In this document: positions 26,162 through 32,000 of the stretch, piece after piece
Layout of the letters: each line of letters begins with the position of its first letter
Numbering within the stretch: position 1 is the first letter of the stretch
Assembly: GCF_016127575.1 (NCBI RefSeq)
Contig: NZ_CP066018.1
Span: 3,810,001-3,842,000 of the forward strand
DNA: 32,000 nt
From: Cupriavidus necator
GTDB lineage: Bacteria > Pseudomonadota > Gammaproteobacteria > Burkholderiales > Burkholderiaceae
Direction: 5' to 3'
Notes under the pieces: model-generated
Database searches by the model: none
What the model was told of the DNA's origin: nothing
The model's input: only the letters and a program-made list of their open reading frames with translations
Position numbers and translations under genes: made by a program

Positions 26162-27560
26162 TCACCACGTGTACTTCACCCCTGCCCTCAGCGCGTACTG
26201 GTAAAAGGATTGCTGGCCCCAGGAACCCGACACATTGGTCCAGCCGGTCCAGCGCTTGCCGAGATCGGCGTTCAGCCCCAGCTTCAGTTCGAAGCGGTTA
26301 TGCGGATACAGCCCGCCGATCGGCAACTGGTTGAACGAGATATTGGTGTCGGTATCGGAATACCACCAGTTCACCGTCGCATACGGCTGCAGTTTGCGGC
26401 CGTCCTCGCGCACGAAGGTCCGATGCGTGCGTACGCCCAGCCGCGCGATGATCCCGCTGGAATCCGCCCCGCTGACGCGCGTGCCGTTGGGCTCGGCAAT
26501 GTCGTCCTCGCTGTAGTTGACATAGATGAGCTGCGCCTGCGGCTCGATCACCCAGTCGCGCGGCAGTGGGATGGCATAGCCGACTTCCCCCGACAGCCCT
26601 AGTCCCTGCGCGTGGTATCGCACCGTCGGCAACTGGTCGCCTTCAACGCGGTTGGTGAACCAGCCATACTGGAACCAGGCATCGACATAGGCGCCCAGCT
26701 TGTTCTCGTCGTTCTGGTACCAGGCGCCGTAGACACCCGCAGCCCACCCTTCCACTTTGCCCCTGGCCCGCGTGGGGTTGCCGGCGGCATCCGCGTCGGT
26801 GCTGGCGTTGCCATAGCTGCCCGTTACGCCGACATGCAGGCGGTCGGTCTCGCTGGCAACACGCCACCTGGCCAGCTCGGCACCGCCGTGCAGCAGGAAG
26901 CTGTCGGTGCGGGTGCGGAAGTTGCCGTCCTTGCTGCGGCTGCCCTCCCACTTGCCCACTGCGCGCAGCCAGCCGCTGCGCGGCTTGTCCTGCACTGGCG
27001 TTGCCGCCCCCGGTGGCATTGATATCGAACCCGTCGCGCTCGTTGCCGCCAACCAGGTTGTTGAGGTTCAGCGTCGTGCCCGCATTGACGGTGATAGCCG
27101 ACCCGCCGGCCGTGCTGTTGGTGACGGCAACGCCGTCCATGCCGGCCCCTTGCATCGTGATGGCGCTGGTGCCGCCATTGAACGTCACGCTGGCATCGCC
27201 CGGGTTGGTGATGACTTGTGACGCCACGCCACTGGCAGCCGTGGCGGTGGTATTCGTGATGGTGGTCCCGGTCAGGGTCACCGAGGCATTCGCCCCCCTC
27301 GCGAGCGCGCGCAGGCTCGCGCCTGTGTTCGTATTGAAGGTGGTGCCTGACACGGTCTCCATCTCGGCGTTGCCCGATGCAGGCGTACAGGACAGTGCCG
27401 TATAAGTGCCGCTGGCAATCGTGCCGCAGGCGGTCTGTGCGCGGACTTCGAGCGTTGCCAGGGCCATGGTTCCGGCCGGCGCAAGCCAGTAAGCGATCAG
27501 CGCGGCAATCGGCCGCAGGGCGTGGTTGCGTCGCCGCTTGATGATGGCACCGTGCTGCAT
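26162..27560 (-). pseudogene. Small autotransporter (about 465 aa if repaired), with the frameshift at the passenger/barrel junction
   Basis: ORF 26643..27722, read from ATG 27560, gives an extended signal peptide and a Thr/Gly/Asn-rich beta-helix-like passenger (VTLTGTTITNTTATAASG..., TLNLNNLVGGNERDGFDINATGGG). ORF 26162..27052 gives a classical autotransporter barrel (...PVQDKPRSGWLRAVGKWEG...YALRAGVKYTW). The frames meet at a coding-strand G5 run (plus strand CCCCC, 27006-27010). Confidence 0.75.
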
Positions 27561-27779
27561 GCCTGGTCCCGCAACTCGCACAGTGATCTCCTTTGTAGGA
27601 TTTTTGTTGCATTCTCGGGAACCGGCAATCTGCGCACCAGTGAAACATTTGGTAGGCTGTATTAAGCCTGCTGCGTCAGCCGAACGGGGTAGCAGCGTCA
27701 ACTTGAGGGATCCACGCGCCAACGTCCGCGTTGATCAGGCTCAAGCCCCGATCCATTACAAGCCTGCACACTGGCGCCC

Positions 27780-28775
27780 ATGACCACACTGCCCTCTTCT
27801 CCGCCCGTCGCCGCTGACGCGGGCCAACCCAAGCCCCCGCCCCCCTCCGTGGCTGCACGCCGCCCGGCTCTTGTGCCGCGGGGCCGTTTCGCGTGGCTGA
27901 CTGGTATCCTGAGCTGGACGCTTCTGATTGCCAGCACGCTGTTCTGGTGCGCGCTGCTGTTTCCGCTCGCGCTGCTCAAGCTGGTGCTGCCGTTTGCCCC
28001 CGCCAGGCGGCGCATCGATCCGATGCTCAACGGCATCGCCACCGCCTGGATCTCCGGCAACACCGGCTGGTTCGCGTGGATCCAGCGTGAGCCGTGGGAC
28101 GTCCAGGGCAATGAGGGACTGCGCTATGCCGACTGGTACCTGGTCAACTGCAACCACCAGTCGTGGGCCGATATCTTCGTGCTGCAGCGCTCGCTGAACC
28201 GGCGCATCCCGCTGCTGAAGTTTTTCCTGAAGCAGCAGCTGATCTATGTGCCGGTTATCGGGCTGGCGTGGTGGGCGCTGGACTTTCCGTTCATGAAGCG
28301 ACACGGCAAGGCGCAGCTGCGGCGCAATCCGGCGTTGCGGCGCCAGGACCAGGAAACGGCCAAGCGCGCCTGCGCGAAGTTTTCGCTGGTGCCGACCAGC
28401 GTGATGGTGTTTGCCGAAGGTACCCGCTTCACCGAGGCCAAGCGCGCGGCCCAGGACTCACCGTACCGCCATCTGCTCAAGCCCAAGGCCGGCGGGCTGG
28501 CGGTGGCGCTGAATGCGATGGGCAACAAGTTCCGCTCCCTGCTCGACGTCACCATCGTGTACCCGGAAGGCGCGCCAGGCTTCTGGGACCTGGCCTGCGG
28601 ACGCGCCGGCCCGGTGCTGGTGCGCATGCGGCAGTTGCCGGTGCCGCCGGCCTTCTGCGAGGCCGACTACGGCAGCGACAAGGCCTTCCGCACGGAATTC
28701 CACAACTGGCTGGCACGCCAGTGGGAAGCCAAGGACGCCGAGATCGATGCGCTGACGCCGCCGCGCGAAGGCTGA
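27780..28775 (+). CDS. PlsC-superfamily acyltransferase, YihG-like
   Basis: The HX4D motif is in the context NCNHQSWADIFVLQ. It is followed by LLKFFLKQQLIYVPVIGLAWWALDFPFMKR and FAEGTRF. An N-terminal TM is present. At 331 aa the length and motif order fit E. coli YihG-type lysophospholipid acyltransferases. Confidence 0.75.
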   Translation: MTTLPSSPPVAADAGQPKPPPPSVAARRPALVPRGRFAWLTGILSWTLLIASTLFWCALLFPLALLKLVLPFAPARRRIDPMLNGIATAWISGNTGWFAWIQREPWDVQGNEGLRYADWYLVNCNHQSWADIFVLQRSLNRRIPLLKFFLKQQLIYVPVIGLAWWALDFPFMKRHGKAQLRRNPALRRQDQETAKRACAKFSLVPTSVMVFAEGTRFTEAKRAAQDSPYRHLLKPKAGGLAVALNAMGNKFRSLLDVTIVYPEGAPGFWDLACGRAGPVLVRMRQLPVPPAFCEADYGSDKAFRTEFHNWLARQWEAKDAEIDALTPPREG

Positions 28776-28782
28776 AGCCCTG

Positions 28783-30627
28783 CTACCCGGGCAGCCGCTC
28801 GACTGCCCGCTTCCCCTGTCCCACCGCCGCGGTCAGCGAAGGGCTGCCGGCATTGTCGCTGTTGGCGATGCTGATATTGCCGACGCCGGCCAGCCCGGGC
28901 CACACCGCGTCGGGCGCCACGTTCTCAGCGGCCAGGCTGTCGGGCATATAGCTGTAGCCATGCGCCCAGCGGTTGACGGTGATGCCGCGGATCACGTCCT
29001 TCGAAGCAAAGCCCTTGTGCCCGAGCATGCGGTCAAGCTGCGCGCGGATGTCGCGCTCCAGCGTGTCGAACGGCGTGCCCAGCAGCAAGGCGCGGCCCGC
29101 GCGGAAGCGGTCGCGCGCCTGCATGCCGCTGTCAGGCACGGTCGGCACATAGAGCATGTGCAGCACGGCCGGATCGGAGGGCTGCCTGCCCGCCGGCGGT
29201 TCCAGCCACAGGTCGGTATAGGCCATGGCCGGCGCGTGGATGCGGCGCGTGCGCAGCGCGGCGAACGCCTGCCAGTGGTCGAGCGCCACCTTGGTGTAGA
29301 CCAGCGGCGCCTTGGCCTCGTTGTGCAGCACCTCTTTCTGCTTGGCCGGCAGCGACGGCAGCAGGTACGGGATCATCATGTTGTAGCCGGCCAGCACCAC
29401 GTGGCGCGCCTCGACGCGATGCAGGTTGCCGCTGAACCCGTAGGTCACGCGCGTGATATTGCCGTCGGGCTCGACCGCGATCGCGGTGCTGTTCAGGCGC
29501 AGGCGCACCGGCTGCCCGTCGCGGTCCAGCCGGCTGTAGTCGAACGCGGCCGACACCACATCGGCCGGCCGGGCGATCGACGCCACGCCCGGGATCAGGC
29601 TCTGCACCAGCAGCCGTGCCAGCGAGGCATTGCCATCCGGAAACCACAGGCGCGATGCCGGCGACTTGCCAAGCCGCACATTGCCCGCCGGCGCGGGCAT
29701 GTTGGCGCCTGCAGGCAGGCCGATGGCGATGGCGTCGGCAACCGAAATCCCATCGACATCGAGCGCATAGGCATCGTTGCTGCGGCTGCGCAGGAAGCGC
29801 TGCCCGGCCAGGCCGATGCCGGCCTTGTCACGCAGGAAGCTGGCGTAACGCATGGAGCGCAGCGCAGCCGCGCGCTCGGTGCCGGACAGCGCCGGCAGGT
29901 AATCGGTGGTGCCGGCGGCCAGCCGCGCCAGCGCGGCGCGGTCCGCCACAGGCAAAGGCGTGTTGTCCAGGAAGCGCGACAGGGCAGCCGCGTCCGGGGC
30001 ACCGGCCTGCTGCCCGCTGCGAACATCGATCAGCTCGCCGAACGGATCGCCAGCCACCCACTGGTCGCGCCCGAAATGCTCGGCATCGAAGAACACGGCG
30101 CGGCCCATGCCGAGCGCGCCATAGGGATCCGCAGGCACAGTGCCAGGCGGGCGCGTGGCATCGAGCCCGATCCCCGCCAGCAGTTCGCGCACCGCGGCGT
30201 CGCTGGCAGCGCCTGCCGGCATTTCTGCACTGCCGCCATAGGTCACCAGCCGCTTGCCGCGCACCGTGAACTCGTTGCGCTTGGCATGACCGCCGAAGTC
30301 GTCGTGGTTGTCCAGGATCAGGATGCGCCGGTTGGCGCCGAAACGGCGCCGGTAGAACCACGCCGCCGCCAGGCCGCTCAGGCCGCCGCCGACCACCACC
30401 AGGTCGAAAGCCTCGCGCGCCAGCACGACCGGGTATTTCGCGCCCTCGCGCGCCAGGCTGTGCGCCAGCGTGTAGGTGCCGGCATGGTTGCCGCGCAGAC
30501 CGGTCAGCGCGGGCGGATACGCCACGCCTGCCCCGCCCTGCTGCGCGTGCAGCAACTGCACCGGCGCAAGGCCGGCGGCAATGGTCAGGGCGGTTCCGTT
30601 GAGGAAGTCTCTGCGCGTAATCGTCAT
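28783..30627 (-). CDS. Tat-exported FAD/NAD(P)-binding amine-oxidase-like oxidoreductase (614 aa)
   Basis: It has the twin-arginine signal MTITRRDFLNGTALTIAAGLAP and the dinucleotide fold DLVVVGGGLSGLAAAWFYRR...ILILDNHDDFGGHAKRNEF. It begins 8 nt after the cytochrome c stop. Confidence 0.75.
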   Translation of the reverse strand: MTITRRDFLNGTALTIAAGLAPVQLLHAQQGGAGVAYPPALTGLRGNHAGTYTLAHSLAREGAKYPVVLAREAFDLVVVGGGLSGLAAAWFYRRRFGANRRILILDNHDDFGGHAKRNEFTVRGKRLVTYGGSAEMPAGAASDAAVRELLAGIGLDATRPPGTVPADPYGALGMGRAVFFDAEHFGRDQWVAGDPFGELIDVRSGQQAGAPDAAALSRFLDNTPLPVADRAALARLAAGTTDYLPALSGTERAAALRSMRYASFLRDKAGIGLAGQRFLRSRSNDAYALDVDGISVADAIAIGLPAGANMPAPAGNVRLGKSPASRLWFPDGNASLARLLVQSLIPGVASIARPADVVSAAFDYSRLDRDGQPVRLRLNSTAIAVEPDGNITRVTYGFSGNLHRVEARHVVLAGYNMMIPYLLPSLPAKQKEVLHNEAKAPLVYTKVALDHWQAFAALRTRRIHAPAMAYTDLWLEPPAGRQPSDPAVLHMLYVPTVPDSGMQARDRFRAGRALLLGTPFDTLERDIRAQLDRMLGHKGFASKDVIRGITVNRWAHGYSYMPDSLAAENVAPDAVWPGLAGVGNISIANSDNAGSPSLTAAVGQGKRAVERLPG

Positions 30628-30634
30628 CGGGTGC

Positions 30635-31969
30635 TCATCGGGATGCGTCGCCTGCCGCGGCCGGGTGCTGCGCGGCCAGCTCTTTGCGCCGTGCCGCCAC
30701 GGCGGCTTCCGGCACCGGCGCCGCGCGGTTGCCCCAGCTGCCGCGGATAAAGGTCAGCACATTGGCCAGTTCCTGGTCGTCCAGCGTCCAGCCATAGCCG
30801 GGCATGTGGTAATCCGCCGGTGCGGTGCCCACGCGCGCGGTCACGGCGCCGTCGAGCAGCAGGTTCACCAGCGAGGCCGGGTCGGGATCGGCCACGGTGG
30901 GGTTGCCGGCCAGCGGCGGGAACACGCGGGCAAAGCCCTTGCCGTCGGCGCCGTGGCAAGGCATGCAGAACACCGCGTACTGGCGCGCACCGGGCACATC
31001 GAAGCGGCCCTGCCGCAGTTGCTGCGCGGTGGCGGCATCATGCCGGAACGGCTTGTCCTCGCCGCGCGCGCCGGGCAGGGATTTCAGGTAGGCGGCCACG
31101 GCATCGAGGTCGGGCGCGCTCATGTACTGGGTGGCGGTGGAGATCACCGTGGACATCGGCCCGAACGAGGTCGCGTGCCCGTTGCGCCCGGTGCGCAGGA
31201 ACTCGGCGATATCCGCGCGCGACCACGCGCCCAGGCCGGTGACCTGGTCACCGGTCAGGTTGGTGGCGGACCAGCCCTCCACGCTCGCCCCGGACAGGAA
31301 ATGGCGGCTGCGCTCGTCCAGCCCCTTCTCGGCGAACAGGTTGCCGCGCGGCGTATGGCAGGCGCCACAGTGCGCCACCGCCTGCACCAGGTAGGCACCG
31401 CGGTTCCAGGCTGCGCCGCGCGCGGGGTCGGTGCGGACCGGGTCGTCATCGACGAACAGGACGTTCCACGCGGCCAGCAGGCTGCGCATGCTGAACGGCC
31501 AACGCATCTGCGGCGCGGGGTTGCGCTGCGTGACCGGCGCCACCTCGGCACGCAGGTAGGCGTACAGCGCCGCCACGTCCTCGGCACGCATGCGCGCGTA
31601 CGAGGGATACGGCATCGCCGGATAGAGCCGCTTGCCATCGCGCGCCACGCCGTGCCGCAAGGCGCGGTCGAACTCGGCCAGCGTATAGGCGCCGATGCCG
31701 CTGCCGGCATCGGGCGTGATATTGGTCGAATGAACCGTGCCGACCGCCGTGCGGATCGGCAGCCCGCCGGCAAACGGCTTGCCGCCTTCGCTGGTATGGC
31801 ACGCGGCGCAGTTGGCGATGCGCGCCAGGTAGCGGCCGCGTTCGATCTGTTGCGTGTCGGTGGCGGCCAGCGCCATGCCCACGGGCAGCAGCACCGCCAG
31901 CGTCAGGCAGGCCAGCTTGCGCAGCGCACGGGCTGTGGCGATACCAGGTCCTTGGGGCAGGAAATGCAT
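30635..31969 (-). CDS. Triheme c-type cytochrome (dehydrogenase cytochrome c subunit type)
   Basis: It has a signal peptide plus three CXXCH motifs (CAACH, CGACH, CMPCH), spaced as in the cytochrome subunits of membrane-bound FAD/PQQ dehydrogenases. There is no SD at ATG 31969, so an upstream operon partner may lie beyond the window. Confidence 0.85.
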   Translation of the reverse strand: MHFLPQGPGIATARALRKLACLTLAVLLPVGMALAATDTQQIERGRYLARIANCAACHTSEGGKPFAGGLPIRTAVGTVHSTNITPDAGSGIGAYTLAEFDRALRHGVARDGKRLYPAMPYPSYARMRAEDVAALYAYLRAEVAPVTQRNPAPQMRWPFSMRSLLAAWNVLFVDDDPVRTDPARGAAWNRGAYLVQAVAHCGACHTPRGNLFAEKGLDERSRHFLSGASVEGWSATNLTGDQVTGLGAWSRADIAEFLRTGRNGHATSFGPMSTVISTATQYMSAPDLDAVAAYLKSLPGARGEDKPFRHDAATAQQLRQGRFDVPGARQYAVFCMPCHGADGKGFARVFPPLAGNPTVADPDPASLVNLLLDGAVTARVGTAPADYHMPGYGWTLDDQELANVLTFIRGSWGNRAAPVPEAAVAARRKELAAQHPAAAGDASR

Positions 31970-32000
31970 GGGAGCAGTTTCAGGTCAGGCAGCCGATACC

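Overview
This is a GC-rich segment (hand counts about 67% G+C on typical lines). Its composition and gene content look like a Cupriavidus/Ralstonia-type betaproteobacterium, which is inference only. I support about 26 protein-coding loci. I saw no rRNA, tRNA, CRISPR array, transposase or integrase.

Gene order, left to right:
- The 3' end of an acyl/acetyl-CoA synthetase gene.
- A large UPF0182-type membrane protein.
- A cysteine-dioxygenase-like cupin next to an Lrp/AsnC regulator.
- A lower-GC islet of about 2.4 kb (about 4600-6960). It carries a decayed three-gene minus-strand operon: a toxin/effector-like fragment, a two-TM membrane protein and a 100-aa ORF.
- An 11-kb, tightly packed minus-strand array. 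It runs fused membrane/spermidine-synthase-like protein, MoxR AAA+ ATPase, DUF58, DUF4381, VWA, VWA+TPR, BatD-like protein, then an AspT/YidE/YbjL-type transporter.
- A sulfatase maturation cluster: membrane-anchored FGE, lipoprotein HAD hydrolase and lipoprotein Cys-type sulfatase.
- An orphan 131-aa ORF.
- A run of outer-membrane beta-barrel genes: a POTRA-less BamA/TamA-like protein, two MetA/SphA-type barrels and a small autotransporter.
- A YihG-like acyltransferase.
- A Tat-exported FAD oxidoreductase paired with a triheme cytochrome c.

Most notable observations:
- Four genes need a 1-nt frame correction. All four are toxin-like or envelope/outer-membrane genes, and two of the corrections fall in C/G homopolymer runs (C6 at 5499-5504, C5 at 27006-27010).
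- The low-GC toxin/immunity-like islet.
- The extended MoxR/VWA/BatD operon, with its two unusual end genes.

All family assignments come from motif recognition by eye. No database search was run.
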